The notes under the pieces are model-generated. The model made no database searches and was not told where the DNA came from. It worked only from the letters and a program-made list of their open reading frames with translations. Made by a program: the position numbers and the translations under genes. 64,000 bases of DNA. Origin: Silvanigrellaceae bacterium. Its GTDB lineage: Bacteria; Bdellovibrionota_B; Oligoflexia; Silvanigrellales; Silvanigrellaceae. Positions 29,214 through 39,658 of the stretch are shown piece by piece. Each line of letters begins with the position of its first letter. The stretch's first letter is position 1. Where the stretch lies: the NCBI GenBank assembly GCA_049423385.1, contig JBMSQQ010000003.1:1-64000 (forward strand). The letters run 5' to 3'.

Positions 29214-29897
29214 ATGTCTGTAGTTTTGGCAAAGGTCATCAAAGATTATCCCCTCGGTTCTTCCATGGTCCGTGCGCTGCATGGAATCGACCTGACCATT
29301 GAAGAAGGCGAATTCACCACCATCGCTGGACCATCCGGCTGCGGCAAATCCACACTTCTCAACCTGATAGGCTGCATGGATGTGGCCACCACCGGAACCG
29401 TGAGCATCGAAGGAAAGATCACGAATGCGTTGTCGGACCGGGATCAAACCCAGTTGCGCCTCAACACGCTCGGATTCATCTTTCAAAGTTTCAACCTCGT
29501 GCCGGTTTTGTCTGTCTATCAGAACGTCGAATTGCCGCTGCTCCTCAAGGGCGGCCTGAGCACCGTCGAACGGGCGCGACGTGTCGGTACCCTTTTGGAG
29601 CAGGTGGGATTGGGCAACAAGGCAAAGAACCGTTCCCATGAACTTTCGGGCGGACAACGTCAGCGTGTGGCTATTGCGAGAGCGCTGGTGACCCAGCCCA
29701 AAATTGTCCTTGCCGACGAACCCACGGCAAACCTCGACTCTGAAACCGGACAAAACATTATCGAGTTGATGCGCTCGCTCAATGAAAAGCAAAAAACCAC
29801 ATTTATTTTTTCGTCGCATGATCCCAAGGTGATTGAACATGCGCGCCGCATCGTCAGGCTCCAGGACGGCCGGGTGATTGAAGACGTGAGGAAATAA
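29214..29897 (+). CDS. LolD/MacB-type ABC ATPase
   Basis: GPSGCGKST, GFIFQSFNL, LSGGQRQRVA, ADEPTANLD. Confidence 0.92.
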   Translation: MSVVLAKVIKDYPLGSSMVRALHGIDLTIEEGEFTTIAGPSGCGKSTLLNLIGCMDVATTGTVSIEGKITNALSDRDQTQLRLNTLGFIFQSFNLVPVLSVYQNVELPLLLKGGLSTVERARRVGTLLEQVGLGNKAKNRSHELSGGQRQRVAIARALVTQPKIVLADEPTANLDSETGQNIIELMRSLNEKQKTTFIFSSHDPKVIEHARRIVRLQDGRVIEDVRK

Positions 29898-29899
29898 AC

Positions 29900-31987
29900 A
29901 TGTTGGAAGAACTCAAGGTCCTTCTGCTTGTCGCCATTCGCAACCTGGCACTCCACAAGGTCAAGACGTTTGTTGTGGGCGGCATTCTGCTGGCCGGCAG
30001 CTTCCTGGTGGTTTTTGGCTTGTCCCTGCTTGGCAGCATTGAAAGCACGATGTCGCAGAGCATCATCGGCAGCGTGGCAGGGCATTTGCAGGTTTATTCG
30101 GCCGATGCACGCGATGATCTGGCGCTGTTTGGCAGCGGATTTTTTGGCCGTGATGACCTCGGCGAAATCCCAAAATTCGAGGACGTCCGCACTGAAATCC
30201 TCAAACATCCCAACGTCGCGAGCATCGTTCCGCTGGGTTTCGAAAATGCCATCCTCGGACGCGGAAATCTTCTCGATGAGCTGTTCGAAAGATTCCGTTC
30301 CGTGGTGAAAAGCGGTCGCGAGGATGAAATCTCCTCGATGGTGGAAACAATCCGCCAAAACCTCAAGACGGTGCGGGCGGATCTCGAAAACGAACTCAAG
30401 ATTGCCAGCAATCCCGAAGACGTCCGCAAGCAGGTCGCCGATATCGAAATAGCCTTGTCGGATGATTTCTGGTCTAAACTCAAAACCGACAGCGAATCGA
30501 CACTCATCTTCCTGGAATCAAAAATCGCGCCCTTGTCTGGCGAAAAAGAACCTCTTTACCTTCGCTACATGGGAACAAATCCATCGCGCTTTGCCGAGGT
30601 CTTCCAGAAGTTCAAGATCGTCGAAGGCGAGAATATCCCCCCGGGCGAGCGCGGCATCCTCATCAGCAGGCGAATCTATGAAACTCAAATCAAGAACATC
30701 GTCGCCCGTGGATTCGACAATCTCCACAAGGGATTGGTCGTGCAAAGAAAATCACTGGATGGCGACGTCAATCTGAAAACGATCGCAACCGACCTGCCCA
30801 AGCAGTATCTCGAAGTTATGGTCTATCTCAACGGCAACACCCGAAATCAGGTCTTGCAGGAATTGCAGGTTTACCTGAAATCAAGCGAAAGCAACCTTGA
30901 AAAAATCCTCAAGGATTTTCTGACCATTGATGGCCAAAATTTCCAGAGTCGATATGAATTTTTCTACGCGAAAATTGCACAAAAAATCCGTCTCTACCCG
31001 TTCAAGTCAGGCGACACCATCAATTTGCGCTCGTACACGCGGAGTGGATTCCTTAAAACCGTTCCGCTGCGCATCTATGGCCTGTATGAATTCTCCGGAC
31101 TTGAAAGTTCAGACCTCGCAGGTGCATTCAATTTTGTCGACCTCGTCAGCTATCGCGAGCTCTACGGGCGCATGAGCGCTGAAGGGCAGAAAGAGCTCGA
31201 AGAGATCCGCAGGCAGATTTCTGCCAAGCCAGTCGAATCTGCCGGCAGCCTTGAAGACTCACTTTTTGGCAGCGACAGTCAACTCGAGAAGCGGGTGGAA
31301 GAGCCGGCAATATCGGCGCAGTCTCCAGCCACGGCATCGCAGCCGCTTGAATTCAAGCGCGTCCAAACCGGCAAGTATGCGGCCGAGGAACTCGACTCAG
31401 GACTCGCAATCAATGCAGCCATCGTCCTGAAGAACCCACGCAAACTGAATTCAACCCGAACTGAAATTGAGCAACTCCTCAAACAGGCGAATTTGAATCT
31501 CAAGGTCGTGGACTGGAAGCAGGCATCCGGCACGCTTGGACAATTGGTTTCGGTCATCCGTGTTGTTCTGCTGGTGGCAGTCGCCATCATATTGATCGTT
31601 GCCATGGCCATCATCAACAACGCGATTATGATGACGACGCTCGAAAGAACCCGCGAGATTGGCACGCTGCGGGCCATTGGTGCGCAGCGCTCTTTCGTGC
31701 TGCGAATGTTCTTCGTTGAAACCCTCACCATCGGCTTTCTCGCGAGCTTTGCCGGATCGCTTCTCGCAGTCGGCTTGCTGTTCATCCTCAAGGTGCGCGG
31801 AATTGCGGCCCCATCTGATTTCGTGAGCTTTTTGTTTGGTGGTCCCCGACTCTATCCTGTCATTTCTCCCGATGTTGCAGTCTTGGCTCCGCTGTTCGTT
31901 GCCTTGCTGGCATTGGTTTTCACGATGTACCCCGCATTGATGGCAAGCAGAATCACACCTGCAGCCGCCATGCAGGACAGGGAGTAA
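29900..31987 (+). CDS. FtsX/LolC-like ABC permease with very large periplasmic domain
   Basis: N-terminal TM, long periplasmic region, ERTREIGTLRAIG, three C-terminal TMs. Confidence 0.85.
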   Translation: MLEELKVLLLVAIRNLALHKVKTFVVGGILLAGSFLVVFGLSLLGSIESTMSQSIIGSVAGHLQVYSADARDDLALFGSGFFGRDDLGEIPKFEDVRTEILKHPNVASIVPLGFENAILGRGNLLDELFERFRSVVKSGREDEISSMVETIRQNLKTVRADLENELKIASNPEDVRKQVADIEIALSDDFWSKLKTDSESTLIFLESKIAPLSGEKEPLYLRYMGTNPSRFAEVFQKFKIVEGENIPPGERGILISRRIYETQIKNIVARGFDNLHKGLVVQRKSLDGDVNLKTIATDLPKQYLEVMVYLNGNTRNQVLQELQVYLKSSESNLEKILKDFLTIDGQNFQSRYEFFYAKIAQKIRLYPFKSGDTINLRSYTRSGFLKTVPLRIYGLYEFSGLESSDLAGAFNFVDLVSYRELYGRMSAEGQKELEEIRRQISAKPVESAGSLEDSLFGSDSQLEKRVEEPAISAQSPATASQPLEFKRVQTGKYAAEELDSGLAINAAIVLKNPRKLNSTRTEIEQLLKQANLNLKVVDWKQASGTLGQLVSVIRVVLLVAVAIILIVAMAIINNAIMMTTLERTREIGTLRAIGAQRSFVLRMFFVETLTIGFLASFAGSLLAVGLLFILKVRGIAAPSDFVSFLFGGPRLYPVISPDVAVLAPLFVALLALVFTMYPALMASRITPAAAMQDRE

Positions 31988-31994
31988 AACGCCC

Positions 31995-33335
31995 ATGTGG
32001 ACATTCCTGATCATCGCCATCCGCAATCTTGTTCAAGCCCGAAGACGTACGATTCTTCTCGGGTCGGCCATCGCTTTCGTTTCTCTGTTGCTGCTGATGC
32101 TCCTGAGCATCAACAAAGGTGTGTCGGAGCGTTTGATTGAAGCATCCACACTCACCTCGACGGGCCATGTGAACGTGGCTGGCTTTTTCAAACAGCGCGC
32201 AAACTCGGCCACTCCGCTCATCACAAATCGTGAACAGATCCGTAAAATCGTGCAAGAGAACGTCACCGGTCTTGCGGCTGTCACCGACCGCGCACGTGGT
32301 TGGGGGCGCTTGATAGGACCCGGAGGTTCGTTCAACACTGGCTTGAATGGAATGATTCTTGAGGAATCGAATTTCCTCAATGAATTAAAGCTTGCCCAGC
32401 AGTCCGAATACAAAAAGGACGGGCAGAACAAGGTCATGGGCAACATTGCTGATTTCGGCAAACCCAACACCGTCTTGATCTTTGCAGGACAGGCGAAAAA
32501 GCTGGGCGTCGATGTTGGCGACACACTGACCTTCATCACCGAGGCCAACGGCGGACAAGCAAATTCGGTTGACTTGTCGGTCGTCGCAATTGCCCGGGAC
32601 ATGGGCTTTTTGAGCAACTTCAGCACCTTTGTCCCACGCCAGACCGTGCTGGATTTGGACCGCCGCGGCAACGATACAACGGGAGCTGTTTGGATTTACC
32701 TCAAAGACATCAGCCGCTCGGATGAAGTCCGCAAGCAATTGGTGGACGTCCTTGGCAAGGCAGGATTCAACATTCTCGAGCATGATCCGCGACCGTTCTT
32801 TTTCAAGTTTCAAAAAATCGTCAGCCAGGATTGGCGTGGACTGCGTCTGGACCTGACCACTTGGGACGATGAAGTGTCGTTCATCAACTGGATAGTGACG
32901 AGCCTCAACGGACTGTCTGTCTTTCTTGTTGCCATCCTGGGGCTGATCATCGCCACCGGAATAGCCAACAGCATGTGGATGACCGTGCGTGAACGCACCA
33001 AGGAAATTGGCACACTGCGCGCTATTGGGATGCAGAAAAACCAGGTTCGCAGATTGTTCATGCTCGAGTCCGCACTGCTCGGACTGGCCGGAGCGCTGTT
33101 TGGCTCGCTGCTGGGAGTGTTGATTGTCAATGGCATCAACCTCGCCCAGATTCCCATCAACAACAACGGTCTGCGCGTCTTCCTGATGACCGATGTTGTT
33201 CGACTCTCGCTCAATTTTGGACACGTGCTGGTGGCCATCATCTTCATGCCTCTGCTCACGGCTGTCGCTGCATTTTACCCGTCCCAAAAAGCCAGCCAGA
33301 TGCGACCGGTGCAGGCTCTGAATCAAGGTAAATAA
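31995..33335 (+). CDS. FtsX/LolE-like ABC permease
   Basis: AIRNL...RRT, ERTKEIGTLRAIG, YPSQKASQMRPVQAL. Confidence 0.88.
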   Translation: MWTFLIIAIRNLVQARRRTILLGSAIAFVSLLLLMLLSINKGVSERLIEASTLTSTGHVNVAGFFKQRANSATPLITNREQIRKIVQENVTGLAAVTDRARGWGRLIGPGGSFNTGLNGMILEESNFLNELKLAQQSEYKKDGQNKVMGNIADFGKPNTVLIFAGQAKKLGVDVGDTLTFITEANGGQANSVDLSVVAIARDMGFLSNFSTFVPRQTVLDLDRRGNDTTGAVWIYLKDISRSDEVRKQLVDVLGKAGFNILEHDPRPFFFKFQKIVSQDWRGLRLDLTTWDDEVSFINWIVTSLNGLSVFLVAILGLIIATGIANSMWMTVRERTKEIGTLRAIGMQKNQVRRLFMLESALLGLAGALFGSLLGVLIVNGINLAQIPINNNGLRVFLMTDVVRLSLNFGHVLVAIIFMPLLTAVAAFYPSQKASQMRPVQALNQGK

Positions 33336-33348
33336 AGGAGAACTTCGA

Positions 33349-34128
33349 ATGAAAAAAATCATTCTTTCGGGCATGCTTTTTGCCGCTGCATCTGCCGTGT
33401 CAACTTCGGCGTGGGCCTTGTCGGAGCCTGAGCTCAAGAGTCTGGTGGTGGAGCTTGACAACCGTCAGCGCAATTCGGGCGACTACAAATCTGTTGTGTT
33501 TATTGAACAAACCGAGAAGAACAAGGTCAGCCAGGCGTTCGAGGCGACGGTCTTTCGACGCGACGCAGATGACAAATGGATGCTGTTGTTCAGCAAACCC
33601 AAAAGCGAAGCCGGCAAAGGATACCTGAGGCTCGACAAAAACCTGTTTCTTTATGAACCGGCCTTGGGAAAATGGGAACGACGGACAGACAGGTCGGGCA
33701 TCGGCGGGACCAATTCTCGCCGCTCGGACTTCGATGAATCACGTCTTTCCGAGGAGTACACCTCAAAATTCATCGCCGATGAAAAGCTCGGAAAATACGA
33801 CGTTCATCATATTGTTCTCAATGCAAAGGCTGATGCCGACGTTGCCAGCCCGGTGTTGCATCTTTGGGTCGACAAGGCCTCAAAGAATATCCTCAAGCGA
33901 CAGGAACGCTCACTGTCGGACAAACTCCTGCGAACGGTCTACTACCCGGGATGGGACAAAAAATTCAGCAAATCAAAAGGCGCTGATGTTTATATACCGC
34001 GCGAAATCCGCATCATTGATGAAGTCGAAAAAGGCAACGGCACCACTGTCGTTCTTCGTGATGTAAATCTCGATTCGCTTCCTCCCAATATTTTCACCAA
34101 GGCCTGGCTGGAGTCCCAAAGTCGATGA
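33349..34128 (+). CDS. Outer-membrane lipoprotein-sorting (LolA-like) periplasmic protein
   Basis: Signal peptide; F..P..E.GKGYL...NL.LY.P, GT....DF, LWVD, FTKAWLE pattern; AAGGAG RBS. Confidence 0.75.
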   Translation: MKKIILSGMLFAAASAVSTSAWALSEPELKSLVVELDNRQRNSGDYKSVVFIEQTEKNKVSQAFEATVFRRDADDKWMLLFSKPKSEAGKGYLRLDKNLFLYEPALGKWERRTDRSGIGGTNSRRSDFDESRLSEEYTSKFIADEKLGKYDVHHIVLNAKADADVASPVLHLWVDKASKNILKRQERSLSDKLLRTVYYPGWDKKFSKSKGADVYIPREIRIIDEVEKGNGTTVVLRDVNLDSLPPNIFTKAWLESQSR

Positions 34129-35534
34129 ACACAAAGATTCAAGCTTTCAAACCGATCGTCTCGATTTCCATGTTCCCAATTCTGAGCATTGCGGTACTTG
34201 TTCCTTGCCCTGCAAAGGCTGACAGCAAACTTGAAGACGAAATGTTTGGCGGCGGCGCCACTTCGACTCCCGCTGTTGCAACTCCGACTGGGCCAGCCGC
34301 AGCCACTGCACCCACAGAAACAGTAAGGTCAGCTCCGGCATCCGAACAACTCACCCTGGGTGGACGACTCGAACTGCAATTCACCGGCAGCAAGAACAGT
34401 TCCCAGAGCATCGGCGACTCTCAATTCCTTCAATCGACAAAGGCTGAATTGTATCTCGATTCGAGGCCCACGGATGAATTGCGCGGATTCGTCAAGGGAA
34501 CGCTGAGTTCGAGCGGAACGACGGGTGTGGCTCCATCGATCAGCGTGTCGGAAACCTGGATCAAGTGGTCTGGTCGCGGAAGCCTGTTCAGCACCCTTGG
34601 AAAACAAAAGCTCAAATGGGGGGCAGCGAGCTTCTGGAACCCAACTGATTTCTTGGCAGTGCAACCCAAGGATCCCTTTGCGCCCGTGGACGTTCGTCCT
34701 GGAGCAAACCTGCTGAAACTTCACGTGCCGTTCGAAAAATCAGGTAATAATGTTTATCTTTTGGCTGATTTCGAAAATGCCAACAGCTCGAATGATCCAC
34801 GACTTGCCGGCCGCGCGGAACTCAATTTTGCATTGTCGGGTTTCAGTGGCGAGCTGACCTCGACGGTTGCAGGCGGTCACAAAAAGCCGCTGCAACTGGG
34901 ACTCGACCTCAACACCTCGGCAGGCCCTGTTGACCTCATCATCGAATCTGCCTGGACCCGCAACAGCAAGCGCGACTTCTTCCGCAAGGTCACCTCGGAA
35001 AATGGTGCAACGGATGTTGAAACCTACTCGCGCAGCAGTGAAGCAATTGCTCAGATTGTTGCCGGCCTGCGCTACGACTTGAAATATTCCGAGAGCGACA
35101 GTGCCAACCTCGCCATCGAATATTTCTGGAATGATTTTGGCGCTGACAATGCTGTTGTAGAAGCTGTTTCTTTTTTGCGTGGGCAATCACAACGATTGTA
35201 TCTTGCAAAGAAGTATCTGGGAGCAAGTCTTGTGCTGCTCCAACCAGGTTCATTCAACGACAGCTCCATCATCGTCTCGGGCCTTTGGAACATGACCGAC
35301 AAAAGCTGGTTTTCACGAGCCGCATGGACAGAAAAAATCAGCGTGAAGTCGAACCTGATTCTTGCCGTGACCAGGGCTGGTGGATTGGGTGAATTTCGTG
35401 GAGGCATCCCGACCCCGGTGGCAGACGAGATTCGCAAGTCCGGACGTTTGGGCGATCTTGGCAACGCCCTGAACGCACTGGAAGGATTCTCCCAGGAGTG
35501 GACCCTCTCTGCGACTGCCGGAATCGACCTCTGA
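34125..35534 (+). CDS. Exported protein, probable outer-membrane beta-barrel
   Basis: Signal peptide, E..MFGG, GKQKLKWG....WNPTDF pattern; ATGA overlap with LolA-like gene. Confidence 0.6.
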   Translation: MNTKIQAFKPIVSISMFPILSIAVLVPCPAKADSKLEDEMFGGGATSTPAVATPTGPAAATAPTETVRSAPASEQLTLGGRLELQFTGSKNSSQSIGDSQFLQSTKAELYLDSRPTDELRGFVKGTLSSSGTTGVAPSISVSETWIKWSGRGSLFSTLGKQKLKWGAASFWNPTDFLAVQPKDPFAPVDVRPGANLLKLHVPFEKSGNNVYLLADFENANSSNDPRLAGRAELNFALSGFSGELTSTVAGGHKKPLQLGLDLNTSAGPVDLIIESAWTRNSKRDFFRKVTSENGATDVETYSRSSEAIAQIVAGLRYDLKYSESDSANLAIEYFWNDFGADNAVVEAVSFLRGQSQRLYLAKKYLGASLVLLQPGSFNDSSIIVSGLWNMTDKSWFSRAAWTEKISVKSNLILAVTRAGGLGEFRGGIPTPVADEIRKSGRLGDLGNALNALEGFSQEWTLSATAGIDL

Positions 35535-35549
35535 CGAGAGGCAAACTCG

Positions 35550-36503
35550 ATGAGCGAAAAAAAAATCACATTTGCGAAACTGCTCCCCTGGATTTCACTC
35601 GTCTGGGGTATTGTTTCTGCGATTCTCATCTCGCACAACACTCAAGGCATTCATAGATTTTTGTTCTTTTCCGGTTTGTTTGCCTTCGCAGGACTTGCCG
35701 GGTTTGTGATCATCCCGGGACGATCCCGCTTTTTGGATTGGCTGCGCGTTGTCTCTCAGCAAAGTTCTGCACAATACATTTTGTTTTTTTCGCTGCCGCT
35801 TTTATGGAAGGCAGACAATTGGCGGTGGATGCTGATCACCGCGGCGACAGGACTTTCAACGCTCTGGGACCCCTGGTTCAATTCCCTTTGGCAAAAAACC
35901 TGGTACCGCAGCTGGATTCTGGTGGTTTGCCTGATTCTCCTGTCCGGCCTTGTCCTGATCACGTGGAGCCCGTCATCATTTCGTTCGGGCACCCTGATTT
36001 TACTTCTCTGTTGCCTTGCATCCCACCTGTTCGTGACCTTCAACACCTGGCGCGAGCAAACAAGGGAATACAGCTCACTGGCCAAGAAAATGAGATTCAT
36101 GAGCCTGTTTTTGACGGATTCATGGAAATTTGTTGCAATTGCGGCAGCGTTTCTGCTGACATCAACTCCCGTGCCGCCGCTGGGAGTCTGGGTTGCCGAC
36201 GGTGGCCTCTCAGCCCGATTGGAAGACAAAACCCTCGAATGCGAAACCCGCATTGCAGCTCCTGCCAGCTTCAAAAGCGAAGTTGTCCACCTGTGGGAAT
36301 TTCCCGGGCCCGACAGCCGAAGTGAAGAGGTCTCTCTGCCCGAGATCGTCGGAAACGGCATCGATCAAAAACCCTATCGCACTCTCTCGCGGAAAAAAGC
36401 ATTTGCACTTCCGTTTGAACAGATTGTTCAGAACCACGTCCACTGCACTGTCTTGCTGCCAGGAATGGGTCCTGTTGGAAGAGTGTCGTATCATCCGCGC
36501 TGA
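35550..36503 (+). CDS. Membrane protein with C-terminal DUF2914-like domain
   Basis: Multiple TMs, TLWDPW, then I.AP......V.H.W...G...YRT.SRK. Confidence 0.6.
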   Translation: MSEKKITFAKLLPWISLVWGIVSAILISHNTQGIHRFLFFSGLFAFAGLAGFVIIPGRSRFLDWLRVVSQQSSAQYILFFSLPLLWKADNWRWMLITAATGLSTLWDPWFNSLWQKTWYRSWILVVCLILLSGLVLITWSPSSFRSGTLILLLCCLASHLFVTFNTWREQTREYSSLAKKMRFMSLFLTDSWKFVAIAAAFLLTSTPVPPLGVWVADGGLSARLEDKTLECETRIAAPASFKSEVVHLWEFPGPDSRSEEVSLPEIVGNGIDQKPYRTLSRKKAFALPFEQIVQNHVHCTVLLPGMGPVGRVSYHPR

Positions 36504-36527
36504 AACAATCAATGCTGGAGTCAGTGA

Positions 36528-37193
36528 ATGTGGCCCAAAAATTCAAGGTTGAAAATCAAAGCGAGAATTGTCGGTCTGAGCCTTGCTCTCTTGATTGTCG
36601 CGTCGTTTCCAATTCAACCCGCACGAGCCGATTCATCCGGGCAAATGCCGCAATCCGTAAACTCTGCGGAAAAAAGCGAAATTGAAAAACTCGGAATTTC
36701 CGAAGTCGCCATTGGAAACATGCTGATCTACTCACAGGAGTACATGAAATACTTCTTTTCGGATGCAGATTCTTCCGTTCAACCGCTGCCGGCATCGGGA
36801 ATTTCTCTATTCTCCACCTTCGGAATCGATGAAAGTTCGCGCTTGTTGTTCATTCTCACCATTCCCCTGAGGGAAGAACGAGTTTACAAAAAAGACAAGG
36901 ACGTTTTCACCTACTACTATCCCAAAATGTTCATTTCCGGCTATGAGAAGGATTGGTTTGAAACAGCCATCCTGCGGGAAAAATCATCTTTCAGGGTGAG
37001 TACGTCGATCGGCATCGGATTCCCCCTCAGCCACAGGTTCCTGAGCTATTTTCCTCCGTTGTTGCTCAATCGGGCCAGTGTGCGACTCTCCAAAAAAGTG
37101 GATTTGAATTTTGGTGTGGGATATTCGGGTAATGTTTCTTTGGGAGCCTGGTTCTTTCCCTTTGGTGTGAGTTACCGTTTGCTCGAAGACTAA
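36528..37193 (+). CDS. Hypothetical exported protein (possible small beta-barrel)
   Basis: Signal peptide ending ARA; aromatic-rich strands, C-terminal GVSYRL. Confidence 0.5.
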   Translation: MWPKNSRLKIKARIVGLSLALLIVASFPIQPARADSSGQMPQSVNSAEKSEIEKLGISEVAIGNMLIYSQEYMKYFFSDADSSVQPLPASGISLFSTFGIDESSRLLFILTIPLREERVYKKDKDVFTYYYPKMFISGYEKDWFETAILREKSSFRVSTSIGIGFPLSHRFLSYFPPLLLNRASVRLSKKVDLNFGVGYSGNVSLGAWFFPFGVSYRLLED

Positions 37194-37313
37194 TCCCCCG
37201 AAAGAAATACAAATTCACCGTAACTGAATCTTCTTGCCCAGCTCAGGGTTTGACGCCCTTCGCGAAGAACAATAATTCGTCCGATACCCCCGAAGGAGAA
37301 ATGGGGGAGCCAT

Positions 37314-38114
37314 TTGAAATTCCGCAAAACCAGGAAAACCCGCAGATCGATATTCAGCCAAAGCAGCAGACTGGCTGCGTGCTGCGTTGTTTTGCTCGCG
37401 AGTTCGAATGCGATTGCAGATATCAAAATCGAGCCACCCCTGTCGACCACAGCAAACAAATCACCGGAAGCAACAGATCCATCAGGCAGACGTGCCTCGA
37501 ATTGGCATTTTCAAGCCACCTACGCCTTGACATCAGCAGACGTCGAAACACCGGCGTGGGACACACGCACAGATCCCGTGAGCGCAGTTCAAAAGAGCAC
37601 CACGGGCTTGTTCAGCGAAAACCGCTATAGCCACTCAATCGAAATGCCCTTCACCCAACGCCAATCGCTCCGATTCGGACTTTCGCTGTTGAATTGCCAG
37701 TCGGTCGCGGCCACAGGCTGGATGGCTGCTCTGGCCAGCAAATCGAAAGCTCCCGAATGGCGGAGCTGGGGCATCGGCACAGATGTTTTTCTTGTCAGGC
37801 ATGCGTCTGCCCATGTGGATCTCGATGCGGGCTTGAACGCAGACTACTTTGTTTCGGGTGTCGCGACCCTTCCGACCTCCGAGAATGCCACAGTCGAACT
37901 TCAAAATTCGTCTCGCCTTGAGCAAAAGATGGCGTGGCGCTTGGGTTTCAATGGTGGAATTGGTGGACTTTACTGGGGTCCGCTCGGATTCGTCCTGAGA
38001 ATTTCTGGTCAGGTGCTTCAGGCACAATTCAAGGGTCACACTCAGCCGTTGCGCGTCCAGGGACTGCAAGTGCAGATTGGTGCAGGTCTCGATTTGGGGA
38101 GGGGTGAACCATGA
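37314..38114 (+). CDS. Hypothetical exported protein (possible beta-barrel)
   Basis: GGGGGAG RBS, signal peptide ending AIA; ATGA overlap with next gene. Confidence 0.5.
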   Translation: MKFRKTRKTRRSIFSQSSRLAACCVVLLASSNAIADIKIEPPLSTTANKSPEATDPSGRRASNWHFQATYALTSADVETPAWDTRTDPVSAVQKSTTGLFSENRYSHSIEMPFTQRQSLRFGLSLLNCQSVAATGWMAALASKSKAPEWRSWGIGTDVFLVRHASAHVDLDAGLNADYFVSGVATLPTSENATVELQNSSRLEQKMAWRLGFNGGIGGLYWGPLGFVLRISGQVLQAQFKGHTQPLRVQGLQVQIGAGLDLGRGEP

Positions 38115-39517
38115 CTCCATCTCTTCTGCGCTGGCTGGGAATAAGCATTTTTGCAGGAACGTGTGGAACATCCCTGACCTCGTCCTGCGCACGCCAACCC
38201 ATCCAGTCTCTCGAGGAAACTTCCGAAGAACTCAACGTGGAAGGTTCATTCGTCGATTGGTCTGCGACTGCAAATTCATTTTCTGGCGGCATGTTCGTGT
38301 TGATGGATGCGGCCACCAATGAAGTTTTCACCTCTGAAATCAGAAACAACCATTTCAGACTTGAGAAGATTCCATCCCTCGGCAGATACTACGGATTGCT
38401 GTTGGGTCCGGACTTTCAGGTTCGAGGCACATTGCAAAAATCATCCGCAGATGGAGCAACAAACTTTTACGTCTTCAAAATGGGGGCATCTGCCGGTCAA
38501 CTTGGAACTCTGGTCGTCAACAACGGAAAACTGGAAAGCAGCCAGCAATCCGAGCTCGAGTTTCAGGCAACCTTGGGCATCAGCAAAGGGGCAAATCCAT
38601 ACACCCTAGATTACAGCACCACAATGGCTGCCAACCCGGATATCGACACGGACGGAATCCCCAACATGATCGACAACAACGTCGATGGTGATGACTATTT
38701 CAACATTCTCGATGTACGCACCTACAGCGACAAGTCGCTTCCTGACTCAAAGATTCCATGGCAGTACAACTATGCCAATGGCATTCCACGCACCGGATTT
38801 TTCAAGTGCGATCAGCTCAAAACTCCGAACCCGGGCGCAACTCCCACAAAGTTTTCATACGAATTCTGGTGCTCCCTGAAACTACCCGCGGGAATTGCAG
38901 AAAAAATCACATTGAAAACCTTCGCAAACGAGTCCGAGTTGTTTGATGATGGCGGCGCAACAAATGAAAAAGCCAAAGACCCATCCGCCAATGATGGCGT
39001 ATGGAATGGCAGGTTCACCATCGACGAATCGAAGAATTCACTTTTTCCGAATCAGCTGGTCATTGCCAATGTCGTTCTCAAGGACGGAAAGACCAGAACG
39101 TATCTGACAACATTGGGGCCTTCTTTTCCATATTCAGTGAAGTTTGAAGAATCGCAAGGCACCCCCCTCATCACTCTCACGGCAACAAATCTCGAAATCA
39201 GTTGCGTGATTGAGAACTGGAGCAAATTGAAAATTCCCAAAGGAATGATGTTGGAAGTTTTAATGCTGAATCCGGATGATCTTTCCTTCATCAAGAGCTT
39301 CAGCATGTTGCTGGAATCAGGTGAGCCTGCCAGCGAGGGATCTTCCGATTATCGGTTCAAGCTCACCGACGATAAAATCAACCAACTCGGACTGGATCCC
39401 GACAAAAAGTACGTCTTCAAGGCAAGAGTCGTTGGCCCGGCTTCACTGCCTGGCCTTGTGGGATCAGCAGCAGAATCGCTCGAATCTGTAGGAATACCAA
39501 TCACCGATCCGCAATGA
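38111..39517 (+). CDS. Putative lipoprotein with Ca-binding DxDxDG repeats and choice-of-anchor X-like motif
   Basis: LTSSC lipobox-like; DIDTDGIPNMIDNNVDGD; LFDDG.....DPSANDGVWNGRF. Confidence 0.55.
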   Translation: MTPSLLRWLGISIFAGTCGTSLTSSCARQPIQSLEETSEELNVEGSFVDWSATANSFSGGMFVLMDAATNEVFTSEIRNNHFRLEKIPSLGRYYGLLLGPDFQVRGTLQKSSADGATNFYVFKMGASAGQLGTLVVNNGKLESSQQSELEFQATLGISKGANPYTLDYSTTMAANPDIDTDGIPNMIDNNVDGDDYFNILDVRTYSDKSLPDSKIPWQYNYANGIPRTGFFKCDQLKTPNPGATPTKFSYEFWCSLKLPAGIAEKITLKTFANESELFDDGGATNEKAKDPSANDGVWNGRFTIDESKNSLFPNQLVIANVVLKDGKTRTYLTTLGPSFPYSVKFEESQGTPLITLTATNLEISCVIENWSKLKIPKGMMLEVLMLNPDDLSFIKSFSMLLESGEPASEGSSDYRFKLTDDKINQLGLDPDKKYVFKARVVGPASLPGLVGSAAESLESVGIPITDPQ

Positions 39518-39590
39518 CAAAAGTCTTTTCACCGTCGATTTTTTAAACAGGTAATCCTCCAAAAAAGACAAGAATCATATCCTTCTTGAT

Positions 39591-39606
39591 TGGCACCCTG
39601 TTTGCT
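39591..39606 (+). promoter_or_regulatory. sigma54 (RpoN) -24/-12 promoter
   Basis: TGGCAC-CCTGT-TTGCT matches TGGCAC-N5-TTGC; preceded by AT-rich tract; about 53 nt before ATG 39659. Confidence 0.75.
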
Positions 39607-39658
39607 AATCGTGACGCATGAGCAAGGACCCGCTTTCTTGCCGTCGGAGGGGAAGACC

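Noticed and set aside
37260..37287. Additional sigma28 promoter (TCCGATAC) before 37314
   Set aside because: No TAAA/TCAA-like -35 at the spacing seen in the other sites
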